Source: the human T2T-CHM13v2.0 reference genome, Homo sapiens. Taken from it: DNA of 64,000 nucleotides. The position numbers and the translations under genes are program-made. Below are positions 14,413 through 28,000 of the stretch, piece by piece. The notes beneath the pieces were generated by a model, which was not told the DNA's origin, ran no database searches, and was given only the letters and a program-made list of their open reading frames with translations. The stretch is from assembly GCF_009914755.1 (NCBI RefSeq), contig NC_060930.1. One strand, given 5' to 3'. Each line of letters opens with the position of its first letter. The first letter of the stretch is position 1.

Positions 14413-14722
14413 CCAGTTTTTGATCTCTCTTTGGTAAATACTCTCATTCAGGATACATTCGTTGTGATTAGTTGCTGTCCAGCTAAAAGCCTTCTAACAA
14501 CATTTAAGTAGAGTGCTGTTCTCAGTTTAAGAGAATCACCTAGATTTGAGCAGGGTTTGGTAGGCCTTCTCTCTCTCTGAAGCTCATTTAGCTGGGCCTG
14601 CCCAAAGTGATAAAAGAGGATGTATAATAATCAGCTGATAGAACTGCCTAAATGCTGTGAAAACAGGAATAAAGGATATCGTTTAGTCACCAGAGCATGC
14701 TTCTTGCCTGACCTTGACATTA

Positions 14723-15359
14723 TCTCAAGTCTTCATGGTCCGTGTAATATACGTGATACCAAATAGTTATTCTTAATGTAGGCAATTCATTGTCTATACT
14801 TCCTTGCCTCTCCTCTAGTTTCAAAGAAGGGCCAGCATATATACTCTCAGCTCCTACCAGCAGTTGGCTGTGCTGCATCTTTTGTGTGTCATTCAATTTG
14901 GGTAAATTTAGTGTAGTTCTACCAGTGTTTTTCTCTCTGTGTCTAATAAACTCTACAGCTTCTGCATTATGTAATGTAAACTTCCAGAACTTCTTTCTAT
15001 TGCTTGCCCTACGCCCCAGGATACTGAGTGAGGCTTCTACACTACCCTCTCCACACTGTACTTATGCACTTCTCGACAGACACATTTTTATACTCTGGCC
15101 ACTCAGGAATTCCACGCAATAAATGTTCTCAGTCACTAGGAAAACTTCTACACTTCAAAGAATATTCCTTAGGACCTTCATCTTTATTGGGGAAAATATT
15201 TATCAAATACCTTCTCCACAAATCAGTTATGGGGGAGAGGAAAATGTTTCTACATTTAATCTTTGAAAAAGTCTTCATTCCTAGAAGCTTTCTTTCTTTC
15301 ACATAGTTCACTTTGTATATGTGATACAAATTCATTTCATTTATTCAATAGATTATGTC
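14723..15359 (-). pseudogene. Long pseudo-exon: 98 codons with 2 stops, then a frameshift into a 113-codon stop-free frame (15061-14723)
   Basis: Phase-0 acceptor tctgctcaag| follows the 16697 exon. Frames read directly from the sequence. Confidence 0.5.
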
Positions 15360-15935
15360 CTTGAGCAGACTAGTTTAATAGCGCTTAATTTTGTGAGTAA
15401 CTCATAGTACCTCCTTTTAAAAGTCAAGGTGTGGAATGGACTACAAGGACAAAGCAAGGGAACTCTCGGTTTGAGACCTTAAGTCATTGCTACAAGTACA
15501 TGCTTTATATACCATTCCATTTCAAAGAGTTAAGAGTTAATATGATCAGATCATGTTCAAGCAATAAGTCAGAAACAGGGTTAAGGTTCAGGTTAGGAGG
15601 CAGAAAGCAGTAAGAGAGCAAGGTTTGTGAGAAGGAGAGTTCTCCAGAGTCAAATACCTACTGTTCAGTGTTCAGCACTGGACTAGACTACAGGTCAACC
15701 TTCCTTGGAGAGGAAAGCAATTCTTATAAAACATGAAAGATTATTCCCTCAGTGGCTGAAGAATTTCAAGAAATGTCTGGTTGGACCAAAGGTGGACATT
15801 GGAAAAATGAGAACTACAATACAAACACCACACAAAAAGAGGAGAGAAAAGTCAGGGTCAAAAAAGCACAAACTGAGTAGCTGGAGGGAAATATTTTGCT
15901 TATATGATTTTTCTCTTTATATCTAGAAAGTGAAC

Positions 15936-16110
15936 ACAGTGTGATATAAGGGAAAGAGGATGGACTCTGGAATACAAGCTGTGAGATCAACTCCTTGCTA
16001 TCCTTAAAGAGACCATGATGCTTTGGGACATGTCATTTGATCTCTTATGTTTCTCAGAAGTAAAAATAGAAATAACTGAAGTACTTATTTTCAAGCTCAT
16101 GTAAGAAATA
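15936..16110 (+). mobile_element. MIR (degenerate)
   Basis: cagtgtgatataagggaaaga..ggactctgga..tttgggacatgtcattt. Confidence 0.55.
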
Positions 16111-16332
16111 GAGTATCATTACTAATATAATTAATACAGTTTGTGCTATGTTTTTACAATGTTTAATTTAGATCATAAGTTAAAGATAATTGGCATGTGA
16201 ATTTATTGCTATAGGGAAACAAAAGATTAACAAAACAGGTAGCATTGTTCCTAAGGCTGCAACCACATGAAAGGCATGACATGTCCATGGATAGTGACAG
16301 AGTCACCTGAATTAATGTCCATTTAACAAGGC

Positions 16333-16450
16333 TTTTTTTTTTTTTTTTTTTTTTTGAGACAAAATCTCCCTTTGTCGCCCAGGCTGGAGTGCAGTGGTAC
16401 AATCTGGGCTCACTGCAAGGTCTGCCTCCCGGGTTCATGCCATTCTCCTC
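16333..16450 (-). mobile_element. 5'-truncated AluY-type right arm
   Basis: gcaagg..cccgggttcatgccattctcct; TSD aacaaggct at 16325 and 16451. Confidence 0.9.
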
Positions 16451-16696
16451 AACAAGGCTCTTTTTAAACTTCTATTCTGCAGACATCTTGATACCATTAA
16501 AGTAGTAATTATTTCATCAAATCAGTTCCTTCATTCAGTGATAACCTCATGGTTTTCTCAAACCATATGAGCTGCACATACAAAATACAGTGACCTTTGC
16601 TAGTATCTACCCTTCTCTGCATTGCGAAAATTTCTTTCTTCCATGAGTGAGTTTCCCTTCCCTATACAATTTTTGAAAATCCAAAGGAACACTTAC

Positions 16697-16852
16697 ATTT
16701 TCTACAAATAGATCTTTTTGGTTGCTTTTGAATTCTGCAAGGTATTGTATCAATGGTTCTAGAAATATAAAAGTTACCTGTAGTTTCATAATTGACTTTT
16801 CAAGCAGCTCTGTCTTTGCTTGCTGATGTTTCAAGTACGATCACTTATTGTC
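16697..16852 (-). pseudogene. Pseudo-exon DNK*SYLKHQQAKTELLEKSIMKLQVTFIFLEPLIQYLAEFKSNQKDLFVEN (phase 0/0)
   Basis: Acceptor gtcttatttgtacttag| and donor AAT|gtaagt. 156 nt with one TGA. Confidence 0.6.
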
Positions 16853-17483
16853 CTAAGTACAAATAAGACCAGCCTGTATTGTTTTTTAAACTTACTGATT
16901 GACTTTAAGTAAAAAATTACAGCCCAGAAAAGCAATCTCAAATCTACTCTCAGGTAGGACCAAGATTAGAATCTATAGATCTCTCACCTCACTTTGGGCT
17001 CCAAACAAATACTATGCTGCAAATCTGTTAGCTTTCAGTTCAGAAGGAGAAACCTGTTTTGAACTGAGAATAAGTTTTCAAGTATTTTGAAGAACAGTGA
17101 AATTGTTCTATAGAAGTATACATTTTGCCCTAAGATTAAGCAGAAAATTTGTATGTTTTCAGAGTAAGAACTCACTTATCTATTACATATTCAGAAATAT
17201 TGAGGTCAAGTCTCACAACACCATGGCACAATAACCGTTTGTGAAGACCTACCATGAGGGTCTTTAGGGACTCAAGTAATACCCATTATTAGAGATTTAA
17301 AGCCACTCCTACAGCTCTTTGGGTGCTGACCTTTCTTTAGACAGTGACATATAAGCATAGATGAGGGCAGAGTGACATGTGAACTCTGGGACAGAGACTG
17401 AAATCGAGGGCTAATGATATTCTGGAGAAACACTAACCATTCCTGGGAGTCTCAAGTATAAAATATCCCACATACATATATAC

Positions 17484-18566
17484 TATCGGGGAACCTGCCC
17501 CCCAATAGTCACGTAGGTTCTTTTCTATTTTCCATAAGCATCGGCCGGGTTGAGAAATAAAGGGACAGAGTACAAAAGAGATAAATTTTAAAGCTGGGCA
17601 TCTGTGGAAGACATCACATGTCGGTACGTTCCGTGATGCCCCACAAGCAGCAAAACCAGCAGGTTTTTATTAGGGATTTTCAAAGGGGAGGGAGTGTACG
17701 AATAGGGTGTGGGTCACAGAGATCATGTACTTCACAAGGTAATAGAATACCACAAGGCAAATGGAGGCAGGGCTAGATCACAGGACCACAGGACTGGGGT
17801 GAAATTAAAATTGCTAATGAAGTTTCAGGCACACATTGTCATCAATAACATCTTATCAGGAGACAGGGTTTGAGAGAAGACAACTGGTCTGACCAAAAAT
17901 TTATTAGGCGGGAATTTCCTCGTCCTAATAAGTGTGGGAGCTCTATGGGAGACTGGGGCTTATTTCATCCCTACAGCTCGACCACAGAAGATGGCCACAT
18001 CCAAGGGGGCCATTTTAGAGGCCTACCCTCAGGGGCACATTCTCTTTCTCAGGGATGTTCCTCGCTGAGAAAAAGAATTCAGCAATATTTCTCCCATTTG
18101 CTTTTGAAAGAAGAGAAATATGGCTCTGTTCTGCCTGGCTCACCAGTGGTCAGAGTTTGAGGTTATCTCTCTTGTTCCCCGAACATTGCTGTTATCCTGT
18201 TCTTTTTTCAAGGTGCCCAGATTTCATATTGTTCAAACACACATGCTGTACAATTTGTGCAGTTAACGCAATCAACACAGGGTCCTGAGGCGACATACAT
18301 CCTCCTCAGTTTACGAAAATGATGGGATTAAGAGACTAAAGTAAAGACGGGCATAGGAAATCACAAGGGTATTGACTGGGGAAGTGACAAGTGTCCATGA
18401 AGTCCTCACAATTTATGTTTAGAGATTGCAGTAAAGACAGGCGTAAGAAATTATAAAAGTATTAATTTGGGGAACTAATCAAGGTGTATGAAATCTTCAC
18501 AATCCATGTTCTTCTGCCATGGCTTCAGCCGGTCCCTCCATTTGGGGTCCCTGACTTCCTGCAACA
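17484..18566 (-). mobile_element. MER11 solo LTR (HERV-K11/HML-8)
   Basis: Minus-strand start tgttgcaggaagtcagggacccc, end ccccgata; 6-bp TSD atatac/atacac. Confidence 0.92.
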
Positions 18567-19105
18567 ATACACAATGGATTATTATTCAGCCATAAAAAAG
18601 AACAAGATCCTTTCACTTGCAACAACATGATTGGAACTGGAGATCACTATGTTAAGTGAAATAAGCTAGGCGCAGAAAGACAAGCAACACGTGTTCTCAC
18701 TTATCTGTGGGATCTAGAAGTCAGAACAATTGAACTCATGAACATAGAGAGTAGAAGGATGGTTACCAGAAGCTGAGAAGGGTAGTAGGAGCCTGGAGGG
18801 GAGGTGGGGATGGTTAACAGATTTAAAAAAAGAAAGAATGAATGAGACCTCTTATTTGATAGTACAACAGGACAACTTAGTCAATAGTAACTTAATTCCA
18901 CATTTCAAAGTAACCAAAAGAGTGTAATTGGATTGCTTGTAACACACAGGATAAATGCATGTGGGATGGATACTGCATTTTTCATAATATGATTATTTCA
19001 CATTGCATGCCTGTATGGAAATATATTATTAACTCCATAAATAAATATACTTACTATTTACCCACAACAATATAAAAATTGAAAATAGCTAAATAAATAA
19101 ATAAT
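18567..19105 (+). mobile_element. L1MA 3' end (host of the MER11)
   Basis: attcagccataaaaaagaacaagatcc..gttaagtgaaataagc.. and A-rich tail. Confidence 0.9.
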
Positions 19106-19425
19106 TCCAGAAAAAAGATGTTGCCTTTTATGGATGTAAGATTATTTATGGCAAGGAGAGGAAAGTATCTCAAGCCAAGAGAATGTCCTGTGTAGAAGCC
19201 CAAAGTATTCCTTGTAATTTGTGATTTGAGGACAATGACAATTTGATGAAACCTTGAGTATGTGGAGAAAGTGGCAGGAAGATCATATTAGTGAAAGAGT
19301 AAATTCCACAATATTAGGGCCTAGAAAACCTGACAAGACCTAATGATAGGTGTTTATTTTCAAAATTATTTTTACAATATCTTTCTAGAAATAACAAGCC
19401 TTAACTGTTACAATGACCATCCAAC

Positions 19426-19667
19426 CTATCTTTCCTGAAGAATAACAATTTAATGCTAACATTTTTTTCTAAGTACTTTTATGAGAACAGGGTGAAATAT
19501 CACCAGGGATCTTTTTCAAATCTCTACCATACAAGATAATTTGACACATGCCACATTTTGGGAAGGATTAATCTTTTCTTTCATATCCCAGAGGGGAAAA
19601 AAGCTATTGAAAATATTATGACTAGCTTCATCCAAAATACTCTAGTTTGATTTTCATGCACCCACAG
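19426..19667 (-). pseudogene. Candidate pseudo-exon (...SILDEASHNIFNSFFPLWDMKEKINPSQNVACVKLSCMVEI*...)
   Basis: Acceptor ctatggtttag|. Protein-like frame with stops. Weak donor. Confidence 0.35.
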
Positions 19668-20159
19668 CTAAACCATAGACAGTGAATCATAAAATGCAGA
19701 ATTAAGAAATTCAAATTCAATAAATATTTATTGAGCAAATTCTTTGGGCACGGTATTTTTCTAGGGACCTAGCATATAGGGAATAATAAGAAAAAGTCTG
19801 GACACCTTTTACATTTTAAATATTGCCTTTCACAACACCATGTAGTTTAAATGAAATTCTAGAATTCTTCCTTATATAGAATCGCATAGTATTACTGAAC
19901 ATATTTATTAACATAAATAATGGCATATGTGAAGGCAAATATTTTTCAGAAATGTTTCTACAAATTTTATTTTCTATCATTGCATTGAAAGTATAATAAT
20001 TACTCATAAATAATAAAATGCTGAAAATATGTAAAATAAGAAAAATGGAATGATAGAAGACATAAATACAAAAACAGATTTCATTTTACAAAATTTTAAA
20101 ATTCTAAGACCACATACAAGTTATAAATTGTAAAGAAAATACATATCACAGAACTACGT

Positions 20160-20785
20160 TGTAAAATGATGCAGTTACTTTGGAAAACTGTATGGTCACT
20201 CCTCAAAATACTAAACAAAGAACTACCATATGATCTAGCAATCACCTTTCTATGTATACAATCAAAATAATGGAAAGCAAGGATTGAGATATTTATACAC
20301 TTAGGGTTATAGCACCATTAATCACTATTTGACTTCATAACAGTCAAAAGGCGGAAAGGAACCCAAGTGTCCATCAAGAGATGAGTGAATAAACCTACCA
20401 CTGTGTGTGTGTGTGTATAGCAGAATATTATTCAGCCTTAAAAAGAAATGAAATCATTTAATGCATAATAAATCAGGAAGACATTAGACTAAGTGAAATA
20501 AGCTAGAGACAAAGAATAAGTATTGTATGACTTCATTTATATGAGACACATAGAGTAGTCCAATTCAAAAAGACAGAAAGTAGAATGATGGTTGCCAGGG
20601 GCCTCAGGGGAGAGAAGAAACAGAGAGTTATTTTAAAAGGGTACAGAGTTTCAGTTCTGCATGAAGGGAAAATTCTAGATGTTTTTAGTATTGATGGCTG
20701 CACAACAATGTGAGTGTAATTAACACCACTGAACTGTGCACCTAAACACGGTTAAGATCTTATCTTATGTATATTTTACCCCAAA
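20160..20785 (+). mobile_element. L1MA/MB 3' end
   Basis: gaactaccatatgatctagcaatc..gacagaaagtagaatgatggttgccaggg. Confidence 0.85.
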
Positions 20786-21290
20786 GGTGGGCAAATGTCT
20801 TTAATGTACATAGAGTGCCTACAGATTACTAACAAAAAAAGAACAAACAAGCCAATTTTTTTAAAATAGGAAAATTATGTAAATAGCTTATTCATGGACG
20901 AATAACTGCACACTAAACATACAATATAAAGGTTAACCTCACTAATCATTTCAAATGGTAATTAATATAAAAAAATTAATCAGTTTTTAAAATAAAGTTT
21001 GCATAAATTTTCAAAATATGAATACTTTTCTAGGCTGGTGAAGATGTGAGGACAGAGACATTTCTTTAAACATTAGGTGGGAACTCTATTCAAATTAAAA
21101 ATGGGCAAAATTTGTGATGAAATGACCCTACTTATAGGAATCTGTCCTGAAATAATCAAACAATTACATTGCAAATATACAAGGCTTTTCACTATAGAAT
21201 TATTTGTAACAACAAAACAAACAAGCAACAGAAAGGAAGCAACTTATATATCCAATATTAGAAGACCGATTAAGAAAATGATTGTGTGTT

Positions 21291-21551
21291 CCCTTCTACA
21301 CTGCTGGTGGGAATGTAAACTAGTACAGCCACTATGGAAAACAGTGTGGAGATTCCTTAAAGAACTAAAAGTAGAACTAGCATTTGATCCAGAAATCCCA
21401 CTACTGGGTATCTACGCAGAGGAAAAGAAGTCATTATTCAAAAAAGATACTTTCATACTCATGTTTATAGCAGCACAATTGTGAAATCGCAGAACCAACC
21501 CAAATGCCTATCAATCAATGAGTGGATAAAGAAACTGTGGTGTGTATATAT

Positions 21552-21599
<48 letters not shown>

Positions 21600-22075
21600 G
21601 ATGTATATATATATGTATATACATGTGTGTATATATATGTATATATATGTGTGTATATATATATATACACACACACACAAATATATAAACTCTCGATATA
21701 TATATATAATATATATATATATAATGGAATACCACTCAGCTATAAAAAGGAATGAATTAACAGCATTTGCAGTGACCTTGATGAGATTGGAGACTATTAT
21801 TCTGAGTGAAGTAACTCAGGAATGGAAAACCAAACATTGTGTGTTCTCACTGATATGTGGGAGCTAAGCTATGAGGGCACAAAGGCATAAGAATGATACA
21901 ATGGACTTTGGGGATTTGGGGGGAAGAGTAGAAGGGGGACAAGGGACTGAAATACTACAAGTATTGTGCCGTGTATACTCCTCAGCTGATGGGTGCACCA
22001 AAATCTCACAAATCACCACTAAAGAACTTACGCATGTAACCAAATACCACCTGTACCCCAATAACTTATGGAAAA
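21291..22075 (+). mobile_element. L1PB1-type 3' end
   Basis: Diagnostic 3' UTR; TSD aagaaaatga(t/c)tgtgtgttcc at 21272 and 22076. Confidence 0.9.
21542..21723. repeat. Compound (TA)n/(CA)n/(TG)n microsatellite inside the L1PB
   Basis: Read directly from the sequence. Confidence 0.95.
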
Positions 22076-22216
22076 AAGAAAATGACTGTGTGTTCCTATA
22101 ATGATATACGAGATCATCAGAAAAAAGTACTATGCCTTCCTTGTGTACTCACTAGAAAAAAAAAGTCCATAAAAGTAACTAGAAAATCTTTGTAAAGCCT
22201 AATTTCATTATAGTTA

Positions 22217-22893
22217 TAAAAAAAAACAGATGCTGGCGAGGTTGTGGAGAAAAATGAACACTTATACACTATTGGAGGCAGTGTAAATTAGTTCAACCAT
22301 CGTGGAAGATAGTGTGGCAATTCCTAAAAGACCTAAAGGCAGAAATACCATTCAACCCAGCAATCCCATTACTGAGTATATACCCGGAAGAATATAAATC
22401 ATTTTATTATAAAGACATATGCACACATATGTACATTTCAACACTGCTAACAATAGCAACTACATGGAATCAACCTAAATGCTCATCAATGATAGACTGA
22501 TAAAGAAAATTGGCATATATACACCATGGAATAGCATGCAGCCATAAAAAAGAATGAGATCATGTCCTTTGCATGGACATGGATGGAACTGGTGGCCATT
22601 ATCCTTAGCAAACTAACACAGGAATGGAAAACCAAATACCACAGGTCCTCACTTATAGGTGGGAACTAAATTATGAGAACACATGGACACAAAAAGGGGA
22701 ACAACACACACTGGTGTCTATTGGAGTGTGGAGGGTGGGAGGAGAAAGAGGATCAGGGAAAACTAACTAATGGATACTGAGCTTAATATCTGGGTGATGA
22801 AATAATCTGTACAACAAACCCCAATGAGCAAATTTATCTATGTAACAAACCTGCACATGTACCCCTAAACTTAAAATAAAAGTGAAAGCAAAA
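22217..22893 (+). mobile_element. L1PA (about PA11-15) 3' end
   Basis: gaggatcagggaaaactaactaatgg..aataatctgtacaacaaacccc. Confidence 0.9.
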
Positions 22894-23341
22894 AGAATGT
22901 GTGTGTATATGTGCATGCATTGGTATATACAACATAAAGACAAAGGTGATTACAGGGATGAGAGATTAATTCCCACGTCAAATGTATCTCTATCAATATA
23001 TCAATTGGAACTTAGTTTCAGGGTTTATTGATGTATTTTTCTTTTTGTGTTGTTTAATATATTTTCAATATTTTAAAATAGAAAAGTAGTTGGGAAGTTG
23101 CTCTGTATTTAAAGACTCTGCCATATGTTATCTTTTCCTTCACTTTCATTTGAAAAATGACATTGAAGATTTTAAAATTTTTATTTTAAGATTTTAATTT
23201 AGGTATATTATTTATCTAATGCTTTTTTATTGCTTTAATTTTATTCTGAAATGAAACAAGGTTGCAAATTTCTTTCTTTTTTTAAATCTAGGGTTGCTTT
23301 TAATATTTAAGATGAAGACTCCATTAAATTAGATAACTATA

Positions 23342-23690
23342 TGATATGGTTTGAATGTGTCCCCTTCAAAATTTAGGTATTGCCAATGTGTTCATATTAA
23401 AGGATGCGGCCTTTAGGTACTAATTTGGCAATGAAGGCTCATTCCTTGTGAATGGCATTAGGGGCCCTTTTAAAGCAGTGTGAGTAGGGAATCGGTCCTC
23501 TCTTGCCTTTCCACTTCCTGCCACAGCATTTCTCTCCTCCAGAGAATGCAGCCCTCAGCAGACACACCAGATGCCATTGTTTTGACCTTGGACTTCCAGT
23601 CTCCAGAACTGTGAGAAATAAATTTCTGCTATTTATAAATTACCCAGTTTATAGTACTCTGTTAACAACAGCCCGAAACAGACCCAAGAC
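23342..23690 (+). mobile_element. MST (B/C-type) LTR
   Basis: tgatatggtttgaatgtgtcccc..cttggacttccagtctccagaactgtgagaaataaattt. Confidence 0.85.
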
Positions 23691-23878
23691 TCTGTTTCTC
23701 AAGTGTGTGAGGGAATTGCAGACCTAATTCTCGTTAGGGTAGTAAATGACCTATATCCAATCACTTTTCTTGATTTAACTCTGGAATATGCTAATTTTAA
23801 TGGTTGGGGTGCTGATGATAAATACAATTTCAAAATGACCAAATAAAGCATTGCAATCAGAAATGATAGCTAATTTAC

Positions 23879-23932
23879 CTCTGAGACTATTGTGAGAATA
23901 AAATTTCTTATGCACTCTGCCTTGAGTGCTTC
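23879..23932 (-). pseudogene. 54-nt symmetric candidate exon (EALKAECIRNFILTIVSE in phase 0)
   Basis: Acceptor cattctataattccag| and donor GAG|gtaaat. Open. Confidence 0.5.
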
Positions 23933-24165
23933 CTGGAATTATAGAATGTAATTATGTTTTAAAACTCTGATTTTTAAGCCACCTGCTGATTATTTATCTG
24001 AAGATAATACTATTAAAATTAGAACCAAATTTTCAAAATTATTTAAGCTTGCCTATATTCTTAATTAAATCACTCATTCTGATGATCAACTCAGTAAAAC
24101 AAGAAACTGATTTGATTACTAAATCGAATTAACATTCTGACAGTTGCTCTCATCTGCTGACTTAC

Positions 24166-24246
24166 CTTTCAGTTTAGTAATGTGTCACTTAGTAGCCTTA
24201 GACTTGCACCGTGGCCTGATTTTACGAATCCAGCTTTTAAGTATTT
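24166..24246 (-). pseudogene. 81-nt symmetric candidate pseudo-exon (one TGA in either plausible frame)
   Basis: Acceptor atatgttcag| and consensus donor AAG|gtaagt. Confidence 0.5.
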
Positions 24247-24307
24247 CTGAACATATTCAGAATTTTTTAGTAGAAGTAGCAAAACGTGGTTCAATGAAAA
24301 ATGCTGT

Positions 24308-24872
24308 GTGTGGTGGCTTTGTAACACATAAATTGAGCCAGGCTGAACTACGTTTCTGAGAATTTCCTTTACTGTATTTTTCTAGTTAGGGTTGACCATC
24401 AAAGGGATTCCTGTGAGAGATTTAGAGGGCAGATGGGAAGCAGTGGCCATTTTGAGCTCACATACGTTGTTGCTGACCTTTTGATTTATCTCCTTGGCCA
24501 TGGCTGGCTGGCCACCTGCTTCACCTTTCCCTTCAGCTTTTTCAACTGCGGGGCTAGATGTGGGTGCACAGTTTAGTGATGAAGGACCTCAACTTCTGCC
24601 GGACACTGGCACCATCAAGGTCAGAAGCAACTAGTACTAACATGGTTTCATTCTGTTCTAGTGGACCTCACAGTTTGTTTGTGGGCTCCAGCTTTTCTTG
24701 TCTTGCTGTTCCCCAGTTTATCTATTTTCTCTTCTCCACACCTTCAAGCTCCACCATCAGACACTAAGGAAGAAGGTTAAATGCAATTGTGTCAAATACT
24801 TCTAACAAATAATAAATATATACATAAATTCATCACAGTGGTTCTGCTTCTCTGAATGAGCCCACTAAAATA
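24308..24872 (+). mobile_element. ERVL LTR (MER54/MER74-like)
   Basis: tgtggtggcttt..ggctgaactacgtttctgagaattt..gtggttctgcttctctga. Confidence 0.65.
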
Positions 24873-25028
24873 TGCTATTGTATAGACTGGAAAACTTTAA
24901 TTTTCATTTTAATTTCTCACCCAGAAAAAAATATTTTAATATAGCCAATGAATTATTATGAATATTTAATTTTAAACCAGCTTAAAGTAATTAATATATT
25001 TTATTAGGTACTAAATGAATGTTGAGCA

Positions 25029-28000
25029 CACACTAAGCATCACTAATTAGAAAATTTAAACTCCAAAATCCTCCACAATCCAAAACTTTTGAGCACTGAC
25101 ATGATGCCACAAGTGGAAAATTCCACACCTGATCTCATGTGATGGGTCATGGTCAGGAAGAAGACACACAACACACAGTTGATTCAGCATTCTTGAGGTA
25201 AAAGAGATCCTCCCAACCCCCTTCAGCTGTGATATATGTTTTTCAGGTATACCTGTATTCCCCCATGCAAGCATACCCACAAAGTGTATTAAAATAGCAC
25301 GTGTGCAGGCCAGATGTGATAAAGCAGGTTCTACACAATGCTCTTCAAAAAGGTAGGACTCACACGTACTACTTGCTGTGTTTTATTTTTGCTTATTCTC
25401 TGCTTTTTGCTGTAAAGATATTGTTGAAAATGTCAAAAAGGCTTGTAGATACCCCTGTGAGTAACAGTGATAAAAGGACACATCTATATTTATGTATGGC
25501 ATAGAAAGTCAACCTGTTGGAGAAAATGAACAACAGTGCAAGTGTGAAACATCTTACAGAAAAGTGTGATGTTGGAATGACTATCATGTAGGACTAGGAC
25601 CTGAAGCAACAGAAGGATAAACTGTTGAAGTTCCATGCTAAAGGTGACAAAAATAAGTTAATGAAAAATGAAAAAACACCACAAAAAACTAAAAATAAAG
25701 GTCTCAATTGTATATTGAAAGAGTGGATCCCTCAGTATTTCAGTGAACAGATGCCACCAAATGGTATGCCAATCGTGAACCAGGCAAAGATCGATGATTA
25801 TCATCATGAACTAGAAATCAAAGGAAACTGTGAACATTCAACAGGCTAGTCACAGAAATTTAAGAAAATACACGGCACTAAATTTTTTAAAATTTGCAGT
25901 GATAAAAATTTGTGGTTATCATATGCTGATCACAAAGCAGCAGATAAATTAATGATGAGCTTGCCAAAAATGATTGCTTATTATTTTATCACTGATAAAT
26001 TCTGATGCCAGAACATATCTATAACACAAATGAAACATCACTGTTTTTTTTGCATTAGTGCTTCAGAAAGACAATGAAAAGCCCCTGCAGGAATGAAAGA
26101 TGTAAAGGACAGAATAGCTACACTAGTATGTGCTAATGCAGCAGGCACACATAACTGTGAACTTACTGGGAAAGGCAAAAGCTGTGTCCTCACTGTTTTC
26201 AAGGAGTGATTTTCTTACTAGTTCATTATTATGCTAACAAAATGGCATGGATCACGAGGAACATCTTTTAGATTGGTTTCATAAACATTTTGTACCAGCA
26301 GTGCCTGCTCACTGTAGGGAATGACTGAAAGACTGTTATTCTTTGACAACTGTTCTGCTCATCCTCCAGCTGAAATTCTCAGAAAAAATGTTTATGCCAT
26401 GTACTTTCCCAGAAATGTAATTTCATCAACTCTTCCATGTGACCAGAATATTCTTAAATCAATAAAGAGTGAATGTAAAAACACTTTCTTAAACAGCATG
26501 CTAGCATCAGTGAACAGAAGCATGAGTTTGGAGGGCTTTCAAAAGGAGTTTAGCATGAACGATGCCATGTATGCTGTTGCCTATGCTTGGAACGCAGTGA
26601 CTGAAGACATAGTTGTTCATACCTGACACAGCCCCTGGCATACAACTATGTTCAATAATGATAATGCACAAAGTGGTGACTGAATAATACAGTAAGTCAA
26701 TTGGAAACAATGCTGTCTGACCTCCTTACATATGCCAAAAAAACACATAATTTCAGTCTGTTGGTAAGCTGGAAAAAGTGCATATCAAAGAATTTTTTAA
26801 CATTGATAAAGTGGTCTTCATTGTCCATTTATTGAGTAACGGTGAAATAGGCTAAATGTTTCTGAATCAAGGTGATTGTGATAATAGTGACAACAAAGAT
26901 AACATCATGAACAGTGAAGAAAAAGTGCCTATAAATGACATGGTGAAAATGTGTGATGGGCTTAATAAAAGACTAGAGCAGCATGTATTTATAACGGAAA
27001 AAGAAATCTCATGTCAGTTTATAAAATCAAAGAGAGACTTCTAAGGCAAAAACCATTGTTAATGAGGCAGACGACTCTGAAATAAAGATTTTGAAAAGCC
27101 ATTCAGCAAAATGTCTCTGATATGGTTTGGTCCTTTGTCTCCACCCAAATCTCATGTTGAATTGTAATCCCCAGTCCTTGGGGAGGGACCTGGTGGGAGG
27201 TGACAGGATCATCGGGACGGATTTCCCCCTTGCTGTTCTTGTGATAGTGAGCGAATTCTCATGAGAGATCAGGTTGCTTGAAAGTGTGTAGCACTTCCCC
27301 TTTCACTCCCTCTCTTTTCTCCTGGCCATGTGAAGATGCGCTTGTTTCCCATTTGCCTTCTGCCATGATTGTAAGTTTCCTGGGGCCTCTCCAGAAGCAG
27401 AAGCTGGTACAGCCTGCAGAACTATGAGCTGATTAAAGCTCTTTGATTTATAAATTACCCACTCTCAGGTAGCTCCTTATAGCAGTGTGAGAACGGACTA
27501 TTACAGTCTCCTCATCCCACTTCCTATTCTTCAACTGCTTCTGATGTTTCTTCTCAACTAAAAAAAAAATACAATGTACAGTAACCTTTTAATCAAAACA
27601 CAGCATCATAGATGGAGACTGAAAGCCTGTTGTTATTTGCTGTTGCTGTTGTTTAACACGGGATACAGGTATTCTGGTGATGCTACTGTGATGCATGGTT
27701 ACCCTGAACACATCATTTTTTTTTACTGTATTAATGGTATGTCATGTTTTTTACTATTAAGTATTTATGTCTGAATAAGTGTAAAAAACATGATTGCTTA
27801 TTTTTAGCATATAAATTCAGAGTCAGGAATGAAGGTGATGCCAAACAAATACAGATTGACCAATGCGTAGCTGAGATAGTGACAAATTTGCTTTCTGATA
27901 ATTCAATGTACACAAACTTTGATTCATGCACAAAATTATTTTAAAATGTTCTATAAATTACCTTTACGCTATGTGTATAAGGTGTATACAAAACATAAAT

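Noticed and set aside
17175-17308. Possible extra pseudo-exon ending in gtgagt
   Set aside because: Weak acceptor and four stops in ~44 codons; indistinguishable from background.
21077-22500. Cluster of overlapping ORFs
   Set aside because: Artefacts of L1 ORF2/3' UTR remnants and TA/CA microsatellites.
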